64,000 nt of DNA from Thermoplasmata archaeon. GTDB lineage: Archaea; Thermoplasmatota; Thermoplasmata; Lutacidiplasmatales; UBA184. The DNA lies in NCBI GenBank assembly GCA_050013595.1, contig JBEKEY010000001.1, forward strand, positions 10,044-74,043, given 5' to 3'. Below are positions 38,276-46,792 of this stretch, in pieces; positions within the stretch are counted from its first letter, which is position 1; the number at the start of each line of letters is the position of its first letter. The position numbers were made by a program, and so were the translations under genes. The notes beneath the pieces are model-generated. The model saw nothing but the letters and a program-made list of their open reading frames with translations, did no database searches and was not told the origin of the DNA.

Positions 38276-39478
38276 TCACTTACCGGTGCGCACGGGCGGC
38301 AACGGCCCTTCGGGAGGCGTGATCGTCGTCTCGATCCCGCGTTTCGCGAGAGCGTCCCGGAACGCAGCGGCCGGCACGCAGCGCTCGGGCGGAACGACGC
38401 CGTGCGCACGGATCTTTCCCTGAGCGATCAGCTCGGCGCCGACGGCGCCCGCGACACCGACCGCGTACTCGGTCGCGGTGAGATGCCATTCGGGGCGAGG
38501 CGGGAACCGGGCGATCGCATGACGAACGACCGGCGAACCGTCCTTCGTCCCTCGGACCTCGATATCGCAGACCTCCCAGTCCACGACGTCGATCCCTTCG
38601 GGGCTGCCGAGGAGCTTTTCGCGTTTGAGCAGGGCCAACGTGAACTCACGGGGAGAAACCTTCTGCCCACGGACCTCGAGCGGTGCCTCGGACCCGAGTC
38701 CGAGGAGCGACATCGTTCGCAACACCTCGATGCCGGGTCCACCCTCCTTCCACTCACAATGCGTGAGTCCCTTCGAGCGAAGGCTCTCGGGAAGCGTGGC
38801 GGGCTCCGAATGGAGCGTCCGGTAGACCCGGGTCCGCCCGACGGGGGGTCCGAACTCGAACTCCTCGGCCCCGCTCATGGGAGGGTATTCCCGGTAGGCC
38901 CCGCCCTCGAAGACCTGCGCGGGTAGGATCATCTCGTCGAGGAAGGTGCTCGGGGACCACGTGAACGATATCTCGGGGCCACCGACCGTGAGGTCCCGCC
39001 AGCCGTCCCGGATGATGAGAGACTCGACCCGGTCGAGGTCCTCACACGCCTGCATCGCGAGAACGTTCGATATCCCCGGAACCTGTCCGAGGCCCGGAAT
39101 CGCCACCCGCTGCGCATCCCGGAACGCTTCGTCCATGCCGAGCTGGCGGCGCGTCATGTGGAAGAGTCCGCCGAAATCCAGGTACGGAACGCGCGCCTCG
39201 AGAGCGGCTTCCATCACCGCGAGGTTGAAGGTGTACTGGACCGCGTTCACGACCACGTCGGCGCCTCGGAGGAGGTTGACCACGGCGGCCTTGTTCCGAA
39301 CGTCGATCGTCGTCGCGCTGGCGCGCGAGCCGGCGGCTTTCGCTGCCGCCCCGGCGAGCTCGGCGTCAAGGTCGGCGGCGACCACGGAATCAAAGACTCC
39401 CCCGGTCGCCAGGTCCTTCACCGAACAACGCCCGGTCAAACCGCCGCCGCCCAGGACCACGGCTTTCATCGACCTCAC
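38276..39478 (-). CDS. saccharopine dehydrogenase NADP-binding family protein
   Basis: N-terminal Rossmann motif VVLGGGGLTG and Sacchrp_dh-like length. Confidence 0.8.
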   Translation of the reverse strand: MRSMKAVVLGGGGLTGRCSVKDLATGGVFDSVVAADLDAELAGAAAKAAGSRASATTIDVRNKAAVVNLLRGADVVVNAVQYTFNLAVMEAALEARVPYLDFGGLFHMTRRQLGMDEAFRDAQRVAIPGLGQVPGISNVLAMQACEDLDRVESLIIRDGWRDLTVGGPEISFTWSPSTFLDEMILPAQVFEGGAYREYPPMSGAEEFEFGPPVGRTRVYRTLHSEPATLPESLRSKGLTHCEWKEGGPGIEVLRTMSLLGLGSEAPLEVRGQKVSPREFTLALLKREKLLGSPEGIDVVDWEVCDIEVRGTKDGSPVVRHAIARFPPRPEWHLTATEYAVGVAGAVGAELIAQGKIRAHGVVPPERCVPAAAFRDALAKRGIETTITPPEGPLPPVRTGK

Positions 39479-39529
39479 CCTCCGAACGTGCCACCGAGCG
39501 GGCCGGGATATAGTAGCCTTCGGGTCGGT

Positions 39530-40180
39530 TCAGCTCCGCCGTCGCGCCGGGGCCCGGCGTCGGGGCGGGTCCGGGGCCGGCGTTGGAGCCGGAGGCGGGG
39601 TCGCCACCCCCGCGGCGGAGGCCGGGGCGGCCGCGTTCGCCGACGTGCGGGCGAGCAAGTCCCGAAACGTCTCAAAATGCTTCAGGAACGGGTCGGCCCG
39701 TCTCTGGTCTTCGAGCTCTCCCAGCGCGATCTCGAGCGTCGCCTTCGCCTTCGGGTCGCCGGTGGACGCACGGATCAGGTAGACGCAGAGCACCTGGTAG
39801 TGCGGAAGGACGAACGCGTCCGTGCGGGGTGTGCTCATGTCGCCTTTGCGGGGCCGGTAGATCCGCTCGACCGGGACCGCCTCGGCGACGACGCGCCGAT
39901 GTGAGAAGCCGAAGTAGTGCCCGGGGCCCAGGATCCGTGTGACCTCGCGGATGTTTCCGTTCAAGTTGTTCGTCAGGCGGTCGCACTCGTGCCAGCACCA
40001 AAGGCCGAAACCGTAGTCGCCTTCCTGGTACGCCTCCCAAGCCTGTTCGTAGAGCTTCCGCTCCCGTTCCTCCTGGGAGAGTTCGGGTTTGATCGCGGCC
40101 TTCCAGTCGGAGATCAGGAGGTCGGCCCTCATGGAAGGAGAGAACTCCTTCAGCGGAGGAACATCGGGCGTTGCGGGCAC
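39530..40180 (-). CDS. conserved hypothetical protein
   Basis: 216-aa protein-like ORF in an operon-like position. No recognisable family. Confidence 0.45.
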   Translation of the reverse strand: MPATPDVPPLKEFSPSMRADLLISDWKAAIKPELSQEERERKLYEQAWEAYQEGDYGFGLWCWHECDRLTNNLNGNIREVTRILGPGHYFGFSHRRVVAEAVPVERIYRPRKGDMSTPRTDAFVLPHYQVLCVYLIRASTGDPKAKATLEIALGELEDQRRADPFLKHFETFRDLLARTSANAAAPASAAGVATPPPAPTPAPDPPRRRAPARRRS

Positions 40181-40204
40181 GGTCCTCGCGAGACCGGCCG
40201 TGGA

Positions 40205-41782
40205 TTAACGACTTCCGTCCCGGGCCGAGACGCCGGCGTCGTAGATGCGTACCCCGCCCACCCAGGTCTCCCGGACCGCCGTCGCTCCCGCTCGGATCGC
40301 ATCTCCGAGACCCCGCGCCTCGACCACGATCAGGTCGGCCCGGTTTCCCACCTCGAGGGTCCCCAGCGTCGGCTCTCCGAGAGCTTCTCCCGCGTTGACC
40401 CCATACAGCCGAACCGCTTCCTCCACGGTGAGCGCCTCGCGCGGGTCCGGGTTCGCCGAGCGCCCCAGCTCATCCCGTCGCTCGGTCGCCGCCCGAAGAC
40501 CGCGCCAAGGGTCGGGGGGGTCGTACGGCGCATCGCTCGACCCCACGAGCCGATGTCCGAGGTCGGTGAGCGTTCGGAACGCGTAGGCCCATCGTCCGCG
40601 GTCGGCACCCAGTCGCTCGGGGAGCCAGGAGTCGCTCCAAACAAACCCTGGCTGGACGACCAGTGCGGGTCGAACACTCGCCAAGGTAGAGAGCACCGGT
40701 GGGGGCGTCAACCCGACGTGTTCGATGCGGGCACGGGCCCCCTCGCGTTGAACGTACGGCGACAGGAGGTGAGCCGCTCGCAGTACCGCACGGTCGCCGA
40801 TCGCGTGCAAGGCGGGAGCCAGCCCCAGTTCGTTCGCTTTCGCGAGCGCGCTCGTGAGCGTATCGTCGGACTCGACCGCGATCCCGCTTCGGTCCGGAGC
40901 GTCGGAATAGGGTTCGGAGAGCCACGCGGTCCGAGGACCGAACGCCCCATCCGTGAACCCCTTCGCTCCGATGACCCCGAACGAACCGGGCGGGCCGACC
41001 GGGGCAAGGTCGGCGGGTCGGATCTCATCGACCCCGAGAAGACGGACGTACAGGCGGATTCGTATCGGGAGCCGCTCGTCGGCCGTCAACGCTCGCAGCA
41101 GGGTGAGTTCCTCGGGTGGTACGTTCATCGACGCGACCGTCGTCAGCCCGAACGAAGCGAGAAAATCGAGGGTGCGGATCGCTTGGTCCGGCCCCACGGG
41201 CACGGCGGCGAGCGAAGCCGGCCATCGGAGCGCCTCCTCGTAGAGAATGCCGTTCGGTCTCCCGTCCGGGGTCCTCCCGACCCTTCCCCGGAGCTCCTCC
41301 GACGACCGCCCTTCGACTCCGGCCGCGGAAAGGGCGCTGCTGTTCAGCACGGCCGCGTGTCCACTCGTGTGGTAGAGCACGAGGGGGCGGTCGCTCACCA
41401 CCCGGTCAAGGTCGGTGCACCGCGGCCAGTGCCCCCCGAGAGAACGGTCGATGTCCAAGCCCCGACCGATGACCGGACCCGTCGGATGCGCCGCGGCCCA
41501 TTCCCGGATCCGCCGGTCGAGATCCTCCGGCCCGCGGACCTCGGCGAGGTTCAGGCCTTCACGGAACCGGGCGAGGTCGCTCAGATGCAGATGGGCGTCG
41601 ATGAGTCCGGGCAGTACCAACCGCCCACGGAGCGGAAGGACCTCGGTTCCCGTGGGGGCGACGCGGCGGACGTCCACCTCCGGCCCGACCGCAACGACCT
41701 CCCCCTGGTCGACCAGGACCGCCTCGACGTACCGGCATCCGGTGAAGACCCGGCCTCCTGTCCACATCCGTGCCTCGCTCAT
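40205..41782 (-). CDS. amidohydrolase-3 family metal-dependent hydrolase
   Basis: YtcJ-like sequence with HLH metal motif (LIDAHLHLSD) and 525-aa length. Confidence 0.8.
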   Translation of the reverse strand: MSEARMWTGGRVFTGCRYVEAVLVDQGEVVAVGPEVDVRRVAPTGTEVLPLRGRLVLPGLIDAHLHLSDLARFREGLNLAEVRGPEDLDRRIREWAAAHPTGPVIGRGLDIDRSLGGHWPRCTDLDRVVSDRPLVLYHTSGHAAVLNSSALSAAGVEGRSSEELRGRVGRTPDGRPNGILYEEALRWPASLAAVPVGPDQAIRTLDFLASFGLTTVASMNVPPEELTLLRALTADERLPIRIRLYVRLLGVDEIRPADLAPVGPPGSFGVIGAKGFTDGAFGPRTAWLSEPYSDAPDRSGIAVESDDTLTSALAKANELGLAPALHAIGDRAVLRAAHLLSPYVQREGARARIEHVGLTPPPVLSTLASVRPALVVQPGFVWSDSWLPERLGADRGRWAYAFRTLTDLGHRLVGSSDAPYDPPDPWRGLRAATERRDELGRSANPDPREALTVEEAVRLYGVNAGEALGEPTLGTLEVGNRADLIVVEARGLGDAIRAGATAVRETWVGGVRIYDAGVSARDGSR

Positions 41783-41849
41783 TCGCCCCGTGTCGCCGGA
41801 GGAGCGAGAACGAGGATGAAAGGGTTGACCGCGGCAGGCCCCCGACCGG

Positions 41850-43385
41850 TCAGACGTCCATGTACCGGTAGAACTCGTACGGGTGGGGCCGCAGGTTGAG
41901 TTCGAGCTGTTCCTCGCGCTTCAGCTCGATGTACGTGTCGAGCAGCGATGAGGCGAACGCGGGCTTGAGGAAGTCGCGATCGGACTCGAGACAGTCGAGC
42001 GCTTCGCCGAGCGAGCCGGGCAGCTCGCGGATCTCGAGGTCCTTGCGCTTCGCCTTCGTCAGTTTGTAGATGTTTTCGTCGACGGGGGGAGGCGGCTCGA
42101 TCTTCCGTCGGATCCCGTCGAGGCCTGCGAGCGCCAGGGCGGCCTCGGTCAGGTAGATGTTCGCGGCGGAATCAGGGGTCCGGTACTCGAGTCGCTTCGC
42201 CGCCGGTCGCCCCTTGTGGTAGGCCGGGATCCGGACGTTCGCCGAGCGGTTCGCCTTGCTCCACGCGATGAAGACGGGGGCTTCGTAGCCGGGAACGAGG
42301 CGTCGGTACGAGTTCGTGATCGGGTTGGTGATGGCGCACATCGCCCGGGCATGCTCGAGGAGACCGCCGATGTAGTAGCGGCAGGTCTGGCTCACTTCGG
42401 CGTAGGCGTCGCTGGCATCGAAGAAGGCGGCCTTCCCTTTCGTCCAGAGCGACTGGTTCGTGTGCATCCCGATCCCGTTGTCGCCGTAGATCGGTTTCGG
42501 CATGAGACAGCCGATCTTTCCGTGCCGGGCCGCGACATTGCGGATGACGTAGCGCAGGTCCTGGATGTGGTCGGCCATCGGGACGAGCTCGTCGAAGCGC
42601 AGGTTGATCTCCGACTGGCTCGCGGTCGCGACCTCGTGATGGTGGGCGTCAAGGGTGAGGTGGAAGTCGTCGGCGAGGATGTTGCACATCTCCGTGCGCA
42701 ACGGCATCAGCGAGTCGTGCGGGGGGGTCCGGTGGTAGCCTTCTTTGAAGCGCACGGTGCCTGTGACCGGACCGCCCCGCCAGGGCGACTCCGAGTGGTC
42801 GATGAGGTAGCCGGCGCCTCCCCAGGCATCCCGGACCCCGGCTGGGGACGGGATGAGCTCGATCGAGTCGAAGACGAAGAACTCGACCTCGGGCCCCCAG
42901 TAGGAACAGTCGTATCCGGCGGCAGCGAGAACCTGCTCGGTCTTCCGCGCGACCCAGCGGGGGTCGTGGGCGTAGGACTCCTTCGAACCGCCGACCCGGA
43001 CATCGCAGATGAAACGGACCACGCCACCGGCCTCGGGATTCCACGGGATCGTGGCGAGCGTCGAGGGGTCGGGAACGAGGTTCATGTCGGATTCGAAGAT
43101 CTCCCGGAACCCTCGGACCGAGGACCCATCGAGCTTCGGAACTCCCGATTCGAAGGAGTCCTCGCTCAGCGTGAAGGTGGGAACGTCCACCTGAGTGTAA
43201 CCGCCGAAGACGTCGGTGTAGAACAGTTGGACCCACCGCACCTTGTCGTGCTTGAGCTTCTCCAGGATCGCCGCCGGACTGGACCCTTCCTTCTTCGCTC
43301 GTTGTGCGGGCACTCGCTTTCCTCGGACCACCGAACGAGGGACACTACATGAATACTCTTTCGCTGAAAATGGACGTACGTCCAT
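41850..43385 (-). CDS. glnA: glutamine synthetase type I
   Basis: GS signatures (GGLLEHARAMCAITNPITNSYRRLVPGYEAP, N-terminal beta-grasp). Start assigned to ATG 43385 (MDVRPFSAKEY). The listed ORF continues 420 nt further upstream as a non-GS extension. Confidence 0.9.
   Translation of the reverse strand: MDVRPFSAKEYSCSVPRSVVRGKRVPAQRAKKEGSSPAAILEKLKHDKVRWVQLFYTDVFGGYTQVDVPTFTLSEDSFESGVPKLDGSSVRGFREIFESDMNLVPDPSTLATIPWNPEAGGVVRFICDVRVGGSKESYAHDPRWVARKTEQVLAAAGYDCSYWGPEVEFFVFDSIELIPSPAGVRDAWGGAGYLIDHSESPWRGGPVTGTVRFKEGYHRTPPHDSLMPLRTEMCNILADDFHLTLDAHHHEVATASQSEINLRFDELVPMADHIQDLRYVIRNVAARHGKIGCLMPKPIYGDNGIGMHTNQSLWTKGKAAFFDASDAYAEVSQTCRYYIGGLLEHARAMCAITNPITNSYRRLVPGYEAPVFIAWSKANRSANVRIPAYHKGRPAAKRLEYRTPDSAANIYLTEAALALAGLDGIRRKIEPPPPVDENIYKLTKAKRKDLEIRELPGSLGEALDCLESDRDFLKPAFASSLLDTYIELKREEQLELNLRPHPYEFYRYMDV
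43370..43385. promoter_or_regulatory. 16-bp perfect palindrome ATGGACGTACGTCCAT over the glnA start codon
   Basis: Seen in sequence. An adjacent shared AT-rich box CTTTATTTCTAA (43405-43416) lies between divergent glnA and lrp. Confidence 0.45.
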
Positions 43386-43430
43386 AATCGGTTGGCGTAG
43401 CTTTATTTCTAACCTCTTCCTTGAGAGAAC

Positions 43431-43922
43431 ATGCGCCAAACGTCCACATTGGACGAGCTCGACCGAGCTATCCTCGAGGAGCTCAACGTCGACGCGCGAC
43501 GCAGCCACCGCGAGATCGCCCACCGGTTGAAGGTCTCGCCGACGACCGTGAGCGCTCGGGTCGCTCGCCTCGAGGCCCAGGGAGTGATCCGGGGCTACAT
43601 CCCCCTCCTGGACGACGAGCAGTTGGGCTGGGAGTTGTGGGCCGCGATCGGAATCCGGATCTCGAAAGGACGGCTCCGGGAAGTGGAGGAGCGCTTGGCG
43701 CGGGACCCCCGCGCGTACGCGATCTACGACGTCACCGGCGAGAACGACGCCCTCCTCATCGGGCGGTTCCGGGATCGACGCGACCTGGACCGGTTCGTGA
43801 AGCATGCCCTCCAGGACCCGAACCTCGAGCGGACGAACACCCAGGTGGTCCTGAATCGGGTCAAGGAGGACCGGCGGGTCCCGGTCTCCCGGCGCGCGAC
43901 CGAGCGCGAGCCTCCGACCTAG
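43431..43922 (+). CDS. lrp: Lrp/AsnC-family transcriptional regulator
   Basis: N-terminal HTH_AsnC (LDELDRAILEELNVDARRSHREIAHRLKVSPTTV) plus a RAM domain. Divergent from glnA. Confidence 0.85.
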   Translation: MRQTSTLDELDRAILEELNVDARRSHREIAHRLKVSPTTVSARVARLEAQGVIRGYIPLLDDEQLGWELWAAIGIRISKGRLREVEERLARDPRAYAIYDVTGENDALLIGRFRDRRDLDRFVKHALQDPNLERTNTQVVLNRVKEDRRVPVSRRATEREPPT

Positions 43923-44002
43923 CGCATGCGTCCGATCTTCGTACCCGGTCCCTCAGAAAATCCTAAGAGGGCACGACCCCCCATACGGGGCGGGTAACGA
44001 TC

Positions 44003-44824
44003 ATGGATTGGGGAATGGCGAACCGCATGCACCGGATGTTCTCGCCGGTGAGCGGAAACTCGGTGATGCTCGCGGTCGACCACGGCTACTTCATGGGTCC
44101 GACCCGCCACCTCGAAGACGCCCGCGCCACCATCACGCCGTTGCTACCGCACGCGGACGCGCTCGCACTGACGCGCGGCATCCTGCGCCATGCGGTCGAC
44201 CCGACCGCGACGATCCCGATCGTGCTGCGCGTCTCGGGCGGCGCCACGGTCCTCCAGGAGGACCTCTCGCACGAGGCGATCACGACCTCGATCGAAGACG
44301 CGGCCCGGCTCAACGTGAGCGCGGTCGCGATGAGCGTGTTCGTCGGCGCTCCCCACGAGCACGAATCCCTCGTGAACCTCTCGGACCTCGTCGACGAGGG
44401 GGAGGCGCACGGAATCCCGGTGCTTGCGATCACCGCTGTTGGAAAGGAGCTCGAGAAGCGCGACGCGCGCTATCTCGCGCTCGCGTGCCGCGTCTCCGCG
44501 GAGATCGGCGCCCACATGGTGAAGACGTACTATTGCGATGGATTCTCGAAGGTCGTGGAGGGCTGCCCCGTCCCCCTCGTGGTCGCGGGCGGGCCGAAGC
44601 TCGACAGCGACCGCGCGGCACTCGAGCTCGCCCGCAACGCGATCGACCAGGGAGCGCACGGGATCGACATGGGGCGGAACATCTGGCAGTCCGAGCACCC
44701 GGTCGCGATGCTGAAGGCGTTGCGCGCGATCGTCCACGAGAAGGCGACCGTGCCGGAAGCCCTCAACGTCCTCGAGGGTGCGAAGGCACGTCCGGCGACC
44801 TCGAAGTCGGCGGCCACGGCCTGA
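44003..44824 (+). CDS. class I aldolase, DhnA/FbaB family (fructose-bisphosphate aldolase or ADH synthase type)
   Basis: Archaeal DhnA-like sequence with a Schiff-base Lys region (VKTYY) and 273-aa length. Confidence 0.8.
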   Translation: MDWGMANRMHRMFSPVSGNSVMLAVDHGYFMGPTRHLEDARATITPLLPHADALALTRGILRHAVDPTATIPIVLRVSGGATVLQEDLSHEAITTSIEDAARLNVSAVAMSVFVGAPHEHESLVNLSDLVDEGEAHGIPVLAITAVGKELEKRDARYLALACRVSAEIGAHMVKTYYCDGFSKVVEGCPVPLVVAGGPKLDSDRAALELARNAIDQGAHGIDMGRNIWQSEHPVAMLKALRAIVHEKATVPEALNVLEGAKARPATSKSAATA

Positions 44825-44883
44825 GCTGCGAGCATGGCGTTCTCCTCGGAATCATCATAAGGCGGACCTTGCTCGGCCTGCCC

Positions 44884-44968
44884 GCGGGGATTGCCAAGCT
44901 TGGCCAAAGGCGCCAGATTCAGGGTCTGGTCCCGTAGGGGTTCGAGGGTTCAAATCCCTCTCCCCGCA
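44884..44968 (+). tRNA. tRNA-Leu (anticodon CAG) with long variable arm
   Basis: Hand-folded cloverleaf. Acceptor stem GCGGGGA/TCCCCGC, anticodon stem CCAGA/TCTGG with loop TTCAGGG, variable arm CCC/GGG, T-arm GAGGG-TTCAAAT-CCCTC, discriminator A. No encoded CCA. Confidence 0.85.
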
Positions 44969-45267
44969 TCGAACTTGTAGAGGAACCTATCGTCAAGAAG
45001 GCGGGGTAGTCGAACCGAGGGTTCCTAGTCGCGGTCTCCTTTAGCTGAGTCTTGCCCCTCCTGCTCCCCTTCGACGTCCGGCAGGGTACGATGAACCCAG
45101 ACCACGACGACGAGAAGGCACGGCCAGGAGAGGACCGCCAGGACAACGAGCAGGACCGCAGCGATCCCGGCTCAGCCGCGGATCCGGCCCAGAATCAAAT
45201 GACCGAACGACTCTCCTTATGAGTGACAATAACGATTAAAACCATCGATGTCATAGAATCCATCGAT

Positions 45268-45522
45268 ATGTCCACTGACGCCCTCACCACAATCCCCGTA
45301 CGCGCTTCTACGAGAGCAGAGCTTCAGCGCCTCAAATCCGGGGGTCAGAGCTACGATGAGGTGATTCGGGCGATTCTCGAAGAGCTCGAGGAGCAAGATC
45401 CGTGGTTTCAGGAGATGGAACAACGCCTCAAGGATATCCACTCCGGAAAGTCCAAGCTCGAACCCATTGAGTCGCTATACGCGAAATACCCGCCCTCGAG
45501 AGCTCGTCGGTCCTCACGATGA
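45268..45522 (+). CDS. type II antitoxin-like protein
   Basis: 84 aa from ATG 45268 (MSTDALTTIPVRASTRAELQRLK). The ORF track starts 45 nt earlier. Upstream lies an AT-rich box and two ATCGAT palindromes 14 bp apart. The stop overlaps the toxin start. Confidence 0.6.
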   Translation: MSTDALTTIPVRASTRAELQRLKSGGQSYDEVIRAILEELEEQDPWFQEMEQRLKDIHSGKSKLEPIESLYAKYPPSRARRSSR

Positions 45523-45836
45523 GCCTTCGGGTCGTAGCCGGCCCGTCCTTCGAGGGAGATCTCGCAAAGCTCCCGCTTCGAGCCCGAACCGAAATGTGGC
45601 GGCTGATCGCAAGGCTCCGGGGGCGCCCGTTCGCCTCGGGGCTAGGCTACACCGTAAGCCAACTTAGACGTACTACTCGGGAGGGCGTTCGAGTCGCGCA
45701 CTTCCTAAGCGATCAGTATCGGCTCCTCTTCGAGGTCGACGGAGATCTTCTCATCTTGGTCGGCGTGGGGCCCAGACCTGGCTTCTACCGCCGCCTCGAC
45801 CGACTTCGAGGACGTGCGGTGGACCGGAAGCACTGA
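45519..45836 (+). CDS. RelE/ParE-family toxin-like protein
   Basis: 105 aa with a RelE/ParE-like C-terminal pattern (YRLLFEVDGDLLILVGVGPR). Coupled to the antitoxin by an ATGA overlap. Confidence 0.65.
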   Translation: MSLRVVAGPSFEGDLAKLPLRARTEMWRLIARLRGRPFASGLGYTVSQLRRTTREGVRVAHFLSDQYRLLFEVDGDLLILVGVGPRPGFYRRLDRLRGRAVDRKH

Positions 45837-45879
45837 ATCTTCGTCCTTCAGGGGTGACGGACCTCCGATACTCGGAAGT

Positions 45880-45922
45880 GAGGGATTTGAACCCTTGGGC
45901 GGTTCAAGTCCCTCTCCCTGCG
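45880..45922. repeat. partial copies of the tRNA-Leu 3' end: inverted 16/16 copy (45880-45895) and direct 19/22 copy (45901-45922), forming a 14-bp hairpin
   Basis: Compared by eye with 44943-44968. Candidate attR-like remnant or convergent terminator. Confidence 0.5.
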
Positions 45923-45993
45923 TTCCCAATCCGCGCGGGCGGAACGAACGAATCCACGCCCATGAGTCGCGGGCGCCTCCCGGAGGGTGCGGG

Positions 45994-46791
45994 TCAGGGC
46001 TCCGGGGGAGCGGTGGGCGAGGTGGCCGCGACGGGCGCCTTTGAGTTCCCGCCGAGGCGGGTCTGCAGGATCGCGTCATGGACCCTCTTGTTCACCTCGA
46101 GGAGCAACGCCTCCCGCTCTTCGGGTCGCCGGATCATCACCGTCAGCACGAGGTCGGTCGACTGGGGGGTCCGCGATTTCGTGGTGATGACCGGCGGAAA
46201 CCGCTTATCGAAGCGCATTCGCAACTTCGCGAGGCTCTTCAGGATCTCGCTCTCCAACGGTGCGATATCGACGTTTCCCGGCAGGGAGATCGGGATCGTG
46301 AGCTCCTTCCAGGCCTGCGGCGAGGCATTCACGAGGACATCCTTGAGGAGGTGCGAGTTCGGCAGCGCGATGAGCCGGTCGTCCTCGGAGAGGAGGACGG
46401 TGGTCATCGCGTTGATCTCGATGACCTTCCCCGAGTAGCCGCCCACCTGGATCGAGTCGCCCACCTTGAACGGGCTATAAACGTCCGAGAAGTACTTCGC
46501 GCCGAAGTTCTCGAGGGGAATCCTCAACGCGATGATCGTGGCGATCGCGAAGAGTCCCACGACGACGAGCAGGATCTCGATACTGACGCCGACCTCCTGG
46601 ACGGCCAGGAGGATGCCGACGATCCACACGACGATCGCTCCCAGGCGTCGCGCTCCGGCCGCCGCTTGCGGCGCGCTCTGGAGCATCACCCCGCGGATCA
46701 CCAGGCCGGCGAGCCAGGCCACGAGCCAGGTGAGGAGGAGGATGACGGCGGCGACGAGGTAGGGAGTCGTCCAATCCGGTAGTCCGAACAT
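45994..46791 (-). CDS. mscS: small-conductance mechanosensitive channel, MscS family
   Basis: Three N-terminal TM helices plus the MscS beta-domain. Confidence 0.85.
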   Translation of the reverse strand: MFGLPDWTTPYLVAAVILLLTWLVAWLAGLVIRGVMLQSAPQAAAGARRLGAIVVWIVGILLAVQEVGVSIEILLVVVGLFAIATIIALRIPLENFGAKYFSDVYSPFKVGDSIQVGGYSGKVIEINAMTTVLLSEDDRLIALPNSHLLKDVLVNASPQAWKELTIPISLPGNVDIAPLESEILKSLAKLRMRFDKRFPPVITTKSRTPQSTDLVLTVMIRRPEEREALLLEVNKRVHDAILQTRLGGNSKAPVAATSPTAPPEP

Positions 46792-46792
46792 G

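Noticed and set aside
39917-41899. 660-aa plus-strand ORF
   Set aside because: Antisense to the amidohydrolase-3 gene and an upstream ORF. Extreme Arg/Pro/Gly composition and no motifs.
43386-43805. 140-aa N-terminal extension of the glnA ORF
   Set aside because: The GS homology begins at MDVRPF (ATG 43385), which is correctly spaced from a TATA box. The extension would run through the lrp promoter and the lrp 5' coding region in antisense.
45880-45914. 14-bp GC-rich hairpin as an intrinsic terminator between the convergent toxin and mscS genes
   Set aside because: No following oligo-T tract, which archaeal termination usually needs. Its similarity to the tRNA-Leu 3' end is the better explanation. 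A terminator role cannot be fully excluded.
45841-45960. Possible second complete tRNA (minus strand) downstream of the toxin gene
   Set aside because: Only the T-arm/acceptor 3' portion of tRNA-Leu is copied. No D-arm or anticodon arm can be folded on either strand, so it was treated as an att-like remnant or hairpin, not a gene.
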